DNA of 64,000 nucleotides from an uncultured bacterium (GTDB lineage Bacteria; Verrucomicrobiota; Verrucomicrobiia; Limisphaerales; UBA8199): NCBI GenBank assembly GCA_963749495.1, contig CAVVMW010000008.1, positions 298,830 to 362,829 of the forward strand, read 5' to 3'. Shown piece by piece: positions 32,301 to 43,459 of this stretch (position 1 is its first letter; each line of letters starts with the position of its first letter). The notes under the pieces were generated by a model. It saw only the letters and a program-made list of their open reading frames with translations, ran no database searches and was not told where the DNA came from. The position numbers and the translations under genes were made by a program.

Positions 32301-35300
32301 CGCACCTGGCCCAGGCCCCCACCCCGGCCAACAGCTTTACCATGCGCTTTTATTACAAGACCCAAAAGGGCTTCGCCTGGCCGGGCCTCGGCAACCCGCC
32401 GCCGGAGGAAACCATTGTGCCCTACCTCCGGCCGTGGGACCCCATCGCCAGCGCCTACGCAGGCGACCCCACGAACAAATACACCGCCAGTCTGGACATC
32501 GTCTATCGGCCCGTCTGGCCCGCGTACATCCCGGGCGTCTCGCCGCCCACGCCGCTGCCCAAACTTTTCGCCGGCCAGACGCTGACCGACCCCATCAACA
32601 ACCTGGCGGCCGTGCGCGGCAATAGCAGCGCCCTGGTGCTTTACCAGCAATCCATCGCCACCAACCTCACGGCCGCCACCGCCAGTGTCGCCCTGTTCGA
32701 CCCCACTTGCGAGAAGGCATCCGACCTCACCAACGCCGGCCTCACCAAGCTGCCCGACAGCATTCGCACCGATTCCTACCAGGGCCGGCTCTATTTCCCC
32801 AATCTGCCGCCCCACCTGGTGCAAAGGCTGTTCTTCGACCCGCACCGCGGCACCATGGGAGCGCTCGTCTTCCAGGGCCAGTTCAATAGCCCCCCTACGG
32901 GCGCGAGCTTCCTCGATTTGAACGTGCTCAGCGGCGACGATCTTGCCGCTGTTCTTGCGCTCTGCACGCCGGTGCGATCCCAACTATAGCGGCTGGACCA
33001 CTCTGGTCCAGGACCTCGCCGCGAACGTCCTGACCTTCCACGAAGACCCGAACGTGCCGGGCCAGTTCATCGCGAACCCCGACTGGACGGTCAGTCGTTT
33101 CTACGGTGACCTGGTCCAGGTGACCAATTCGGACACGGCAATAGATTCCTATGCGGTGAGCGCCTGCGGTCCCGGCTCGGGCTACATCTCCTACATCGTC
33201 GGCAATGGCCGTGCCTTCACGCCCCCGGGCGACCCGGTCTCGCTCTATATCGCCCGCGTCGCTCCGCCCCTCTTCCAAGGGGAACTCAAGGTCGTCTTTG
33301 ACCCCAATCCCCTCAGCGAGATGATTGGTTTCCAGCACACCTGCGACCTGGCCGGGCGCACGGCCAATTATCAATACGAGTGGCGCATCGCCGCGCCCGT
33401 CAATGGCGACTACCCGCATTCGCCCGGCAACGACTTCGGCAATGACCCGACCTGGCAATTGCTGGTGCGGGCCAACGGGCAGCCGCGCTACACCCTGGGC
33501 GGCAACGCCGGCGTCCAGGCCCTGAGCGACAATTGGATCACCATGCGCTATCGCTCGACCGATCCCGCCGCCGACCCGGCCATTACCAACTGGTCCGACT
33601 GGACCAAACCGCAACTGGCCGAAGGCTGGATCAAACGCGTGCTCGACGGCATCAACCCCTTCAACCAGCGCACCGCCGATTTGTTCGACAACCGCGTCAA
33701 CACCGATGTCTCGATTCTGACCCAGGCTGGCCACCGCTGGGAAGGGGACGTGGCCCTCAATTCCGAGACCATCAACGATTACGGCTTGATCGAGATCTAC
33801 GAGACGGTCCTGCACCGTGGCGAGGCGCTGAGCATCGGCGCCACACCCGGCATCAACTACGGCCCGGCCAACGACGCCCTGTTGCTGGCCGCCGGCTACC
33901 TCAACGACCTCTACATGATGCTCGGCGGCGAGGCCTGGGCCAACGCCGCCAATCCGACCATCGGCATCGGCACCAAGGACTACAGCCTGGGCAACATCGC
34001 CACCGCCCTCTTCGCTTTCAAGGGCGAGGTCGCCTCCCTGCTCGAGCAGGAACTGGACCTGCTCCGTGGACGCGATGACTCCATGGAGCCCGGCGTCACC
34101 ATCCCCCCGGTCTATAACCGCCTCTATTGGAACTACACCCGCGGCATCGATTCGGGCGAAGTCGTCTATTTGATCAACTACGACATCTCGGACCAGAACG
34201 GCGATGGGGTCATCGACGCCAGCGACGCCGCCATCCAGTATCCCCAGGCCCACGGGGACGCCTACGGGCACTACCTGACCGCCCTCAAGGGCTATTATTC
34301 CTTGCTGATGAACCCGAGCTTTGACTGGGTGCCGCGCAGCGAAGCGGTTCTTGTGGCAGGCCAACCGGTCTCGGTGGATTACATGGATGAACGGAAGTTC
34401 GCCGCCGCCGCCGCCGCCCTGGCGCGGGCAGGCCGGCAGGTCTTCGACCTGACCTGGCGCCAGGATTACCATCCCGGCGCCGGCAGCGGCTGGGGCTATT
34501 TCTCCGAGAAACTCGTCAATGCACAACGCACCTACACCTCGGGCGGAACCAACGCGTACGTGACGCGCTACTGGGGCATGGATAATTGGGCCACACGCAC
34601 CGGCCAGGGCGCTTACCTGCACTGGGTCGTCGGCAACGCCATCCTGCCGCCCGTCAACCCGGACCCCACCCATCAGGGCATCCAGAAGATCGATCGCACG
34701 ACCGTGCCCGAACTCGCCGAATTGCCAGCCATTGCAGATTCCATCCAGACCGATCTCCAAAACGCCGAGGCCGGCCTGACCCCGCTGGGGGTGGCCCAGA
34801 ACGCCGTGCCCTTCGACATCAACCCCTACCAGATCACCGGCGCCAACGCCATAACACACTTCGAACAGATCTACCAGCGGGCCGTCGGCGCTCTGGCCAA
34901 CGCGGCGACCGCCTTCGATGACGCCAGGAATGTCACCCAGGCCATGCGCTCCGGCCAGGACTCCGCCTCCGATTTCAAGGCCACCGTCGACAAGCAGGAG
35001 GCCGCCTATACCAATTCCCTCATCGATATCTACGGCACTCCCTACCCGGATGACATCGGCCCCGGCCAGACCTACGCCACCGACTACGCCGGCCCGGACC
35101 TGCTCCACTATATGTACGTCGAGAATGTCGAAAGCACGTTCGACGGCGCGCTGCCCGACCCGGCCTCCACCCAGACCTTCAAACTCGACATCAGCAAGCT
35201 CCCGGCCGACTACCAGGACGTCCTTTACACGGACGCCAACTTCATAACCAACAGTTCTTCTGCCGACTACACAAGCTACGTGACATTCCAGCTCGGTCCG

Positions 35301-37187
35301 CTCGGCTTCTCCGGCAAGCCTGCCACCTGGACCTCCACCCGCGCCTCCCCCGGCAGTGTCCAGCAGGCCATCTCCGGCTACATCCGCGCCTGGTACGCCC
35401 TCCAGCAGGCCCTGAGCGACGCCGTCACCGCCAAGCAAACCCTCGACAAAGCCGTCGCCGTCTTCCAGGCCCAGGTCCAGACCCATAACGACGAGCGCGA
35501 CATCAAGCAAAACCTGCTGATAGCGCAAAACGTTTACAAAGGCGTGCAATGCGCCAGCGATATTGTGGATAAGGGCATCGCCAGCGCCAAAAACGTCGCG
35601 GCGCTGACCAGCGCATCCCTCGCCGCGGCCCTGCCCAAGGTGCTCATCGTCGGCATGGCCACCGGCGGCGACCTGACGTCCGCGGCAGACGCGGCGATCA
35701 AAGCGGCCAATGCCATCACGCAAGGGAGCTTCGATGCGGCCAGCTTCGCCAAGTACGCGGTCGTGCGCGCCATGCAAACTGCAACCGACCTCGCCCAGTC
35801 CGATGCAGACTTTTACGATATTCAACCCGACGATTGGGACCAGCAACTCCGCTCGTCGGTCGCCACGCTGGGCAACCAACTCAATGCCCTGCAAAACCGC
35901 CTCGTCACGATCAACCAACGCTTGCAAGACCTCGATGACGCCAAGCGCAAGTACGATCAAACGGTCGCGCAGGGCAACCGCATCCTGGCCGAGCGCCAGA
36001 CCTTCCGCCAGAAGGCCGCGGCCATCATCCAGGGTTACCGCACCCGTGACGCCGCCTTCCGCATCTTCCGCGACGAAAAACTGGAACGATACAAGACCCT
36101 CTTCGACCTCGCCGCCCAATACGCCTTCCTGGCCGCCCAGGCCTACGACTACGAGACGGGCCTCCTCAACACCGACGCCGGCGCGGCCTTCCTCAACCAC
36201 ATCGTCAGCGCCCAGGCCATCGGCGTCTTCACCGGCGGCAACCCCCAATACGCCGGCAGCGACACCGGCGACCCCGGCCTCTCCAGCGCCCTGGCCGAGA
36301 TGAAGGCCGATTGGGACGTCCTCAAGGGGCGCCTCGGTTTCAACAACCCGGACGGCTATGGCACCATCTTCTCGCTCCGCACCGAGAATTACCGCATCCT
36401 CCCCAGCTCGGATGGCAAGGCGGCCTGGCAGCAAACCCTCCAGGCCGGGCGCGTCCCGGACTTGCTGGCCGACGCCGATGCGCGCCGCTACTGCATGCAA
36501 CTGGGCGACGACAGCGGCCTGCCCCAGCCCGGCATTATTCTTAGCTTCGGCACCGTGGTCGCCGATGGCCTCAATTTCTTCGGCCAGCCCCTCGGAGCCG
36601 CCGATCACAATTTCAGCTCCAGTTCCTTTGCCACCAAGATCTTCTCTGTCGGCGTCAACTTCGACGGCTACCTCGGCATGGACACCGCCAGCGGCGGCAG
36701 CACCAATGTCAGCGATCCCAATTGCCTGGCGGCCACGCCGTATATTTACCTGATCCCGGTCGGGCAGGACTCGATGCGCACCCCGCCGCTGGGCGATTCG
36801 AGCACGATCCGGGTCTGGACGGTGGATGACTTGGCCATCCCGCTGCCATTCAACATCAGCGCCAACGACCTGTCCTCTCCCAACTTCTGGGAATCGTCCG
36901 ACTCGCTCACCGAGCCGTTGTACTCCGTGCGCAAGCACCAGGCCTTCCGGCCCGTCTCCAGCACCAGCCTCTTCACCGGGAGCAGCGTCTATGGCGGCAA
37001 CAGCTTGTCCCGCTCCCAGTATGTCAACTGCCGCCTCATCGGCCGCTCTGTCTGGAACAGCAGATGGAAGCTGATCATCCCCGGCAAGGCCCTCCTCAAT
37101 GATCCCAATGCCGGCCTGGACCGCTTTGTCCAATCGGTCAATGACGTGAAGCTCTATTTCATCACCTACTCCTACTCGGGCAATTAA
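29303..37187 (+). CDS. Giant (~2600 aa) secreted protein with Ig-like domain, EF-hand-like loop and TcA-like coiled-coil C-terminus (frameshift at ~32970)
   Basis: RBS and signal peptide at 29303; overlapping 1241-aa and 1414-aa ORFs; DQNGDGVID; long heptad region; FDLAAQYAFLAAQAYDYE. Confidence 0.8.
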
Positions 37188-37208
37188 CGCTCTGGCGCCT
37201 CAAAGCCT

Positions 37209-38144
37209 ATGAACTCGACCCCCCCTCCCACACCTGCCCCATCGGCAATCAAGCCCCGGATTCGGTTGCGGCCACCCATCAATCCAACAATCCACAAATC
37301 CGTCAATCCATTGGCCTGCTTGGGCCTGCTGCTCCTCGTCGCTGCCCTCTGGCCCTCTGCCGCATTGGCCTATCCTCCCGCTCCCCATCACACCCTCTAC
37401 GGATGCGTGCGCGACCAATACGGCACCCCGCTGACCGATACCAATGCCCAGGTCATCCTCCAAACACCGTCCGGCGTCCAACTCCAAACCGCCGTCTCCC
37501 CGGGACTGGGCAATGGGATCAATTACGCCCTCGCGGTGCCCATGGATGCCGGCCTCACACCGGACCTCTATCAACCGACCGCCCTAACCGCCTCCGCCCA
37601 ATTCAAGATGTCCGTCGCCATCGGCCAGACCACCAGTTTCCCGATCCAAATGACCGGCAACTTCTGCAACCTCGGCCAGCCCGGCAAACAGACCCGCCTG
37701 GATCTCACCCTGGGCACCGATGCCAACGGCAACGGCCTGCCCGATGCCTGGGAATTGGCATTCCTGCAAGCCCTCGGCCTGAACCTCGGCTTGAATGACC
37801 TCAATCCCGACATGGACCTGGCCCATAACGGCCGGACCCTGCGCGAAGAGTTCCTCCTTGGCAACTCCCTGTTCGACCCCGCCGATGCGTTCACCCTCCG
37901 CCTGGTCGATCCCAACGGCGGCTCCCCCATTATCGAGTTCACCACCATGACCGGCCGCTCCTATACCGTCCTGGGCTCCGCCGACCTGGCCGCTTGGGCG
38001 CCCCTGGCCTTCACCCTCCCTGCGGACAGTTCAGGCCAAATCCACAATTTCTACTACGCACCCGGCATCGGCGCCCTCCAGGTGCAAGTCCTCCAGCCCG
38101 GCTCCGGACCCGAAATGCATTTCTTCCGGTTGGTCCTGCAGTAG
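37209..38144 (+). CDS. Secreted hypothetical protein with DxNGNGLPDAWE motif and Verrucomicrobia-type C-terminal domain
   Basis: Signal peptide; YPPAPHHTLYG.VRD; GRSYTV..SADL..W...FFRL. Confidence 0.85.
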   Translation: MNSTPPPTPAPSAIKPRIRLRPPINPTIHKSVNPLACLGLLLLVAALWPSAALAYPPAPHHTLYGCVRDQYGTPLTDTNAQVILQTPSGVQLQTAVSPGLGNGINYALAVPMDAGLTPDLYQPTALTASAQFKMSVAIGQTTSFPIQMTGNFCNLGQPGKQTRLDLTLGTDANGNGLPDAWELAFLQALGLNLGLNDLNPDMDLAHNGRTLREEFLLGNSLFDPADAFTLRLVDPNGGSPIIEFTTMTGRSYTVLGSADLAAWAPLAFTLPADSSGQIHNFYYAPGIGALQVQVLQPGSGPEMHFFRLVLQ

Positions 38145-38192
38145 CACGATAGGGTTTGGCAAAACGGCCGGAGCCAGGTATTGGATCTGCCC

Positions 38193-40412
38193 ATGAAATC
38201 GAGCAGGCTCCTGGGCGCGTGCAGTGCTTTATTGCTGTCCTTGGGAGTCGTGGCGGCGCCGGCGCAGGGGGGCGATCCGGTCCGCGCGGCTCGGGGGTTG
38301 GTGGCGCGTGTGCTGCCGGCACAGGCGAAATCTTTCGTCCTGGAGACGATACCGGCGGACGTGGGCCGGGACGTGTTCGAGATTGAGAGCCGGGACGGCA
38401 AGGTTGTCTTGCGCGGGAACACCGGCGTGGCCCTGGCCTGCGCGTTGAACTGGTATCTCAAGTACTATTGCCAGTGCCATTATTCGCTCAAGAGCCGGCA
38501 ATTGGCGCTGCCGGACCCGCTCCCATCGGTCCAGCCAAAGGTGCGGCGTGTCAGCCAGGACCGCCTGCGGTACTTTCTGAACTACTGCTGTTTCGGATAC
38601 TCCCTGCCCTGGTACGACTGGGAGCAGTGGGAACGGCTCATCAATTGGATGGCGCTCAATGGGGTCAATGCGCCGCTCTCGGTGACCGGACAGGAGGCGG
38701 TCTGGCGCGCGGCCTCGAGACGCCTTGGGTTCACCGAATCGGACATGCGCGAGTTCCTGGCGGGGCCGCCCTATCTGCCATTCGGCTGGATGGGCTGCCT
38801 GGATGGCTGGGGCGGGCCGTTGCCGGCGAACTGGATCGAGCGCCACGCGGAGTTGGAAAAGAAGATCCTGGCGCGCGAACGCGCACTGGGAATGACCCCG
38901 GTCCTGCAAGGCTTCACCGGACACGTCCCGCCTGCCGCCCGGAAACGATTCCCCGGCGCGCGCCTGCACACCGTCCACTGGGCGGAATGGGACACGCTGT
39001 TGCTGGACCCGCTGGACCCGCTGTTCAGCCGGGTGGCGGCCGTTTTCCTCGACGAGCAGAAGCGCCTTTTCGGCACCGACCACCTTTATGCGGCCGATAC
39101 CTTCATCGAGATGACCCCGCCCAGCGGGGAGACGAATTTCCTGGCCGCCACAGCGCGGGCTATCTACCAGGGCCTGGCCCAAGCCGATGCCCAGGCGGTT
39201 TGGGTCCTGCAGGGCTGGACCTTTTTCAACCAGTCCCAGTTCTGGACGCAGCCGCGCATCGCCGCGTTCCTGGACGCGGTGCCCGACGCGCACCTGGTGG
39301 TGCTCGACCTGTTCTGCGACGTCACGCCAGTCTGGAACCGGACGGGCGGCTTTTGCGCCAAGCCCTGGCTCTGGTGCGCCTTGCAGAACTTCGGCGACTG
39401 CGTGTACCTGGGCGGCGCCCTCAACCGGATTCACACCGATCTGCCCGCCGCGCGCCGCGACCCCCTCGGCGCCCGCTTGACCGGCATCGGATTCGTCAAC
39501 GAGGGCCTGGACTACAACCCGGTGGTCTTTGATTTTCTCTTCGAGCAGGCCTGGCGCCCGGAGCCGGTCGAGCTGGGGGCCTGGCTGCGCGATTACAGCC
39601 GCCGCGCGCACGGCACGCGCAACGCCGACTCCGAAGCCGCCTGGGCCATCCTCAAAGACACCGTCTTTACCGGCCAACACCAGGTGGCCCCGGCCTATAC
39701 GCTCGTGCCCTCGCTTCAACCTGCCGGCGCTCTGCCTTACAGCAATGAGCAGTTGACGCGCGCCTGGCGGCGCCTGCTCGACGCCGCGCCCGCAGCCGGC
39801 GCGTCCGATGCCTACCGCTTCGACCTGGTCAGTGTCACCCGTCAGGCGCTGGGCAATGACTCGGCCGAGCTGCAACGGGACCTGGCCGCCGCCTGGCGGG
39901 CCAAGGACCGCCCGGCCTTGCAGGCGGCTTCGCGGCGCCTGCTCGAGTTGATTGCCGACCTGGATGAACTGCTGGCGACGCGCAGCGAGTATCTATTGGG
40001 CCGCTGGCTGGAGGACGCCAAACGCTGGGGAACCAACCGCCAGGAACGCGAACGGCTGGAGTGGAACGCGCGCCGCGTGCTCACGATGTGGGGGCAGCAA
40101 ACGCTCATCCGCGATTACTCCAGGCGCCAGTGGTCGGGGATGCTCTCCGGGTTTTATCTCAAGCGCTGGGAGAAGTTCTGCCGCGCCCTGGATTCCGCGC
40201 TCGAGACGGGCTCGGCCTTCGACGAACGCGCCTTCGACACCGCCTTGCAGGAGTGGGAACGCCAATGGGCCGGGCAGCATGAATCCTACCCCGTCAAGCC
40301 CCGGGGCGCCCCCCTGGCGGTCTCGCGGCGGCTCTGGGACAAGTACCACAGAGTGTACCGGCGTGCGCCTCGTCGCGGCCCGACGGGCCGCCAGAGCCTG
40401 GCCCAGGGCTGA
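38193..40412 (+). CDS. Alpha-N-acetylglucosaminidase (GH89)
   Basis: RYFLNYCCFGYS, WERLINWMALNGVN, PFGWMG, LGMTPVLQGFTGHVP, DYSRRQWSGML..FY..RW. Confidence 0.93.
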   Translation: MKSSRLLGACSALLLSLGVVAAPAQGGDPVRAARGLVARVLPAQAKSFVLETIPADVGRDVFEIESRDGKVVLRGNTGVALACALNWYLKYYCQCHYSLKSRQLALPDPLPSVQPKVRRVSQDRLRYFLNYCCFGYSLPWYDWEQWERLINWMALNGVNAPLSVTGQEAVWRAASRRLGFTESDMREFLAGPPYLPFGWMGCLDGWGGPLPANWIERHAELEKKILARERALGMTPVLQGFTGHVPPAARKRFPGARLHTVHWAEWDTLLLDPLDPLFSRVAAVFLDEQKRLFGTDHLYAADTFIEMTPPSGETNFLAATARAIYQGLAQADAQAVWVLQGWTFFNQSQFWTQPRIAAFLDAVPDAHLVVLDLFCDVTPVWNRTGGFCAKPWLWCALQNFGDCVYLGGALNRIHTDLPAARRDPLGARLTGIGFVNEGLDYNPVVFDFLFEQAWRPEPVELGAWLRDYSRRAHGTRNADSEAAWAILKDTVFTGQHQVAPAYTLVPSLQPAGALPYSNEQLTRAWRRLLDAAPAAGASDAYRFDLVSVTRQALGNDSAELQRDLAAAWRAKDRPALQAASRRLLELIADLDELLATRSEYLLGRWLEDAKRWGTNRQERERLEWNARRVLTMWGQQTLIRDYSRRQWSGMLSGFYLKRWEKFCRALDSALETGSAFDERAFDTALQEWERQWAGQHESYPVKPRGAPLAVSRRLWDKYHRVYRRAPRRGPTGRQSLAQG

Positions 40413-40501
40413 GGCCGTCAGGCCGATGCCCTGGGTTTCGCCACAAACCCGGGCCCCGCGCCCCGCAAGGGCGCCAGAGCCCTCCAAATCGAACCCCGCA
40501 A

Positions 40502-40592
40502 CCTTGGCACAACCTTTATCGCAGCCTTTGTCGCAGCCTTTGTCGGGAATTGGGGCCTTCGACAAAGGTCGCGACAAAGGCTGCGACGAAGG
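40502..40592. repeat. 12-bp tandem repeats (CCTTTGTCGCAG) followed by their reverse complement
   Basis: Seen directly; would fold into a long hairpin after the GH89 gene. Confidence 0.7.
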
Positions 40593-40668
40593 TCCGGAAT
40601 CCACATGGGTGTGCCAATGTGGGTTGCTCCGATTTAGCGCCCCCATGAACCGACACCAAGTCCGAAGG

Positions 40669-40760
40669 TTTTGGACTGCGGCAGTCCTCTGCCGCTTTCG
40701 CGCCGGCAGCGAGGGGACACAAAAGCGGCAGAGGACTGCCGCAGTCCAAAACGCTTCGCG
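40669..40760. repeat. REP-like element TTTTGGACTGCG..CCTCTG..GCTTT / AAAGCGGCAGAGG..CGCAGTCCAAAA, copy 1
   Basis: Inverted pair, also present at 42413-42588 and 46305-46482. Confidence 0.85.
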
Positions 40761-40977
40761 GGACGGGAACGCAGTGTCGAGGTTCAGGGGCGCAAAGCGC
40801 GAATTCGTTCCGGGAATTCTTTCAGGGTTTCAGCGTTTGGCGGCCTGACACCCAGGGTAGCGCGTTCCGCGCAACCCTGGGCTGAGTGATCAGCCTCTGC
40901 ACTTTAGCCTTTAGCCTTTAGCCTTTACAAGAGAGGGCTTGAGGTGGCCCGCCTTGAGTGGGACATTGCCTGCAAAT

Positions 40978-42369
40978 ATGGCCAGACAAGAACACGATCT
41001 GATTGTGATTGGGGCCGGGCCGGGGGGCTACGTGGCGGCGATTCGCGCGGCGCAACTCGGGCTGAACGTGGCGTGCATCGAGGAAGAGGGGACCCTGGGC
41101 GGCACGTGCCTGCGCATCGGCTGCATCCCCAGCAAGGCCCTGCTGGAATCGAGCGAGCGCTATTGGGCGGCCCGCGAGGAGTTGGGCGCCCACGGCGTCC
41201 GCGCAGCCCAGGTAACGCTGGATCTGCCCGCGATGCTCCGCCGCAAAGAACAGGTGGTCGGCGCCTTGACCCGCGGGGTGGATGCCCTGTTCAAGAAGAA
41301 CAAAATCACCCGCTACCACGGGCATGGCCGCATCGAGGGCGTGGGGCGCGTCTCTGTGGCGGCCTCCGAGGGGGCCTTCGAGCTGAAGGCAAAGTTGATT
41401 CTGATCGCGACCGGCAGCAAGCCAGCCACGCTGCCTGGTGTGACGCTGGATGGGGAGAGGGTCGGCACCAGCACCGAGGCGCTCTCCTATGCGCAGGTGC
41501 CCAAGCACCTGGTGGTGATCGGCGCGGGGTATATCGGCCTGGAGTTGGGCTCGGTCTGGCGGCGGCTCGGCGCGAAGGTCACCGTGCTCGAGTACCTGGA
41601 CCGGATTCTCTTTGGCCTGGACACGGAGATGGCGGCAGAGGCGAAGAAGCTCTTCGAGCGGCAGGGCCTTGAGTTTCACCTGGGGCGCCGGGTCACCGCG
41701 GCGCGGGTCCGGGACGGCCAGTGCGTGGTCGAGAGCGAAGGGCAGGAGCCGATCCTCTGCGACCGGGTGCTGGTGGCCGCGGGGCGGGCGCCCAACACGG
41801 ACCACCTCGGCCTCGACAACGCGGGCATCGAACTCCATGCCAAGGGGTTCATCCCTGTGAACGAACACTTTGCCACCAGCGCCGAGGGCATTTACGCCAT
41901 CGGCGACGTCATCGCGGGGCCGATGCTGGCGCACAAGGCGGAGGAGGAGGGCATCGCGTGCGTGGAACGGCTGGTCACCGGATACGGCCACGTGAATTAC
42001 GACGCCATTGCGGCCGTGGTCTATACGCAGCCGGAAATTGCGGGGGTGGGCAAGACCGAGGAGCAGTTGAAGGAAATGGGCAGGGGCTGCCGCAAGGGCA
42101 TTTTCCCGTTCCGGGCCAGCGGCCGCGCCCGCGCCCTGGGGCACGTGGAAGGGCTCATCAAATTGCTCGCGGACGACAAGACGGACCGGGTTCTCGGCGT
42201 TCACATCCTGGGGCCGCGCGCCGGCGACCTGATCAACCAGGCCGCTGCCGCGCTCTGCTTTGGCGCCAGCAGCGAAGACCTTGCCCGCGTCTGCCAGGCC
42301 CACCCGACCCTGGGTGAGGCCCTGCGCGAAGCCGCCATGGCCGTCACGGGCCGCGCGATCCATGTCTGA
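40978..42369 (+). CDS. lpdA: Dihydrolipoyl dehydrogenase
   Basis: IGAGPGGY, GGTCLRIGCIPSK, IGAGYIGLE, MLAHKA, AHPTLGE. Confidence 0.97.
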   Translation: MARQEHDLIVIGAGPGGYVAAIRAAQLGLNVACIEEEGTLGGTCLRIGCIPSKALLESSERYWAAREELGAHGVRAAQVTLDLPAMLRRKEQVVGALTRGVDALFKKNKITRYHGHGRIEGVGRVSVAASEGAFELKAKLILIATGSKPATLPGVTLDGERVGTSTEALSYAQVPKHLVVIGAGYIGLELGSVWRRLGAKVTVLEYLDRILFGLDTEMAAEAKKLFERQGLEFHLGRRVTAARVRDGQCVVESEGQEPILCDRVLVAAGRAPNTDHLGLDNAGIELHAKGFIPVNEHFATSAEGIYAIGDVIAGPMLAHKAEEEGIACVERLVTGYGHVNYDAIAAVVYTQPEIAGVGKTEEQLKEMGRGCRKGIFPFRASGRARALGHVEGLIKLLADDKTDRVLGVHILGPRAGDLINQAAAALCFGASSEDLARVCQAHPTLGEALREAAMAVTGRAIHV

Positions 42370-42412
42370 GAGCGTGCCCGAAAAACCCGTCGGGATGAAA
42401 ACTTTGTCGCAG

Positions 42413-42588
42413 CCTTTGTCGGCCCTCGGCAAGCCAGGCAATTGGACCGGCGTCAGGAAGCCCGCGAGGTTTTGGACTGCGCCAGTCCTCTGGCGCTTTC
42501 GCGTCCCCAGGGTCCGAAAAGCGGCAGAGGACTGCCGCAGTCCAAAACGCTTCGCGAGTTCGGACGCGCGCTCCCATCGCTCGGTTCG
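42413..42588. repeat. ~175-bp REPIN-like element, copy 2
   Basis: Highly similar to 46305-46482. Confidence 0.85.
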
Positions 42589-42696
42589 GCCGGGCTCGAC
42601 AAAGATGAGATGCGCCCCCACGGCTTCCCCTCCGATCTTCGCCGTTGACAACCGCCTCGAACCCAACCTGAATAGCTGTTGTCAGAGCTTTGAATC

Positions 42697-43307
42697 ATGA
42701 AAGCCGTTGCCATCAATGGAAGCCCGCGCAAGGGCGGGAACACCGAAATGCTCCTGAAAAAGGTGCTGGTGCCGCTGGCTGCCGCCGGCTGGGAAACCCA
42801 ACTCATCCAGGTCGGGAGAGCCCCATCCGCGGGTGCCGGGCCTGTTACCAGTGTTTCGAGAAGAAGAATTCCCGGTGCAGCCAGCAGGACGAGCTTTTCG
42901 ACCAGTGCTTCGAGAAGATGGTCGCCGCAGATGCGATCATTCTCGGCTCCCCGACATACTTCACCGACGTGACCGCTGAAATGAAGGCGCTGCTGGATCG
43001 CGCCGGGCTGGTGGCGGTGGCCAACGGCGGGTTGTTCCGCGGCAAGATCGGGGCGGCCGTGGTGGCGGTCAGGCGGGGCGGGGGCACCCACGCCTTCGAC
43101 ACGATGAACCACATGTTTCTCATGTCCGGCGCCATCGTGCCGGGCTCGACGTATTGGAACCTCGGATTTGGCCGGGAGAAGGGCGAGGTTGCAAAGGACG
43201 ACGAGGCCTCGCGGAACATGAAGGATCTGGGGCAAACCATCGCCTGGCTGGGTGAGGCGATTCATCAACACGCCGGCAAGCGCACGGCCGCGCTGGTTCG
43301 CGAATGA
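42697..43307 (+). CDS. Iron-sulfur flavoprotein / NADPH-dependent FMN reductase family (frameshift at ~42820)
   Basis: INGSPRKGGNT, CRACYQC..C, LGSPTYF, VAVRRGG. Confidence 0.88.
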
Positions 43308-43345
43308 GGTTCCAAGACAGCGGTCGTAGTTGGCTAACATTGGGA

Positions 43346-43459
43346 ATGGGCAATTCTGAAGCGGCAGACAGGAAGCCGGCAGCGGGAGCGCCGGCAAACG
43401 CCGACCAGCTCCTGGCCCTGATGTATGATGAACTGCGCAAAGAAAAGAATGTCATATGA
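43346..43459 (+). pseudogene. N-terminal remnant of an ECF sigma factor (TIGR02999-like)
   Basis: ADQLLALMYDELRK; 37-aa frame overlapping the next start. Confidence 0.45.

Noticed and set aside
32928..37133. 1401-aa minus-strand ORF (likewise 25435-27432, 38229-39875, 40918-42666, 52585-54153)
   Set aside because: Antisense shadows of real high-GC3 genes; V/G/A/D-rich with no motifs.
23462..38144. Prophage, tailocin/eCIS or diversity-generating retroelement
   Set aside because: No capsid, terminase, sheath, tube, baseplate or reverse transcriptase, and no template/variable repeat pair seen. All proteins have signal peptides.
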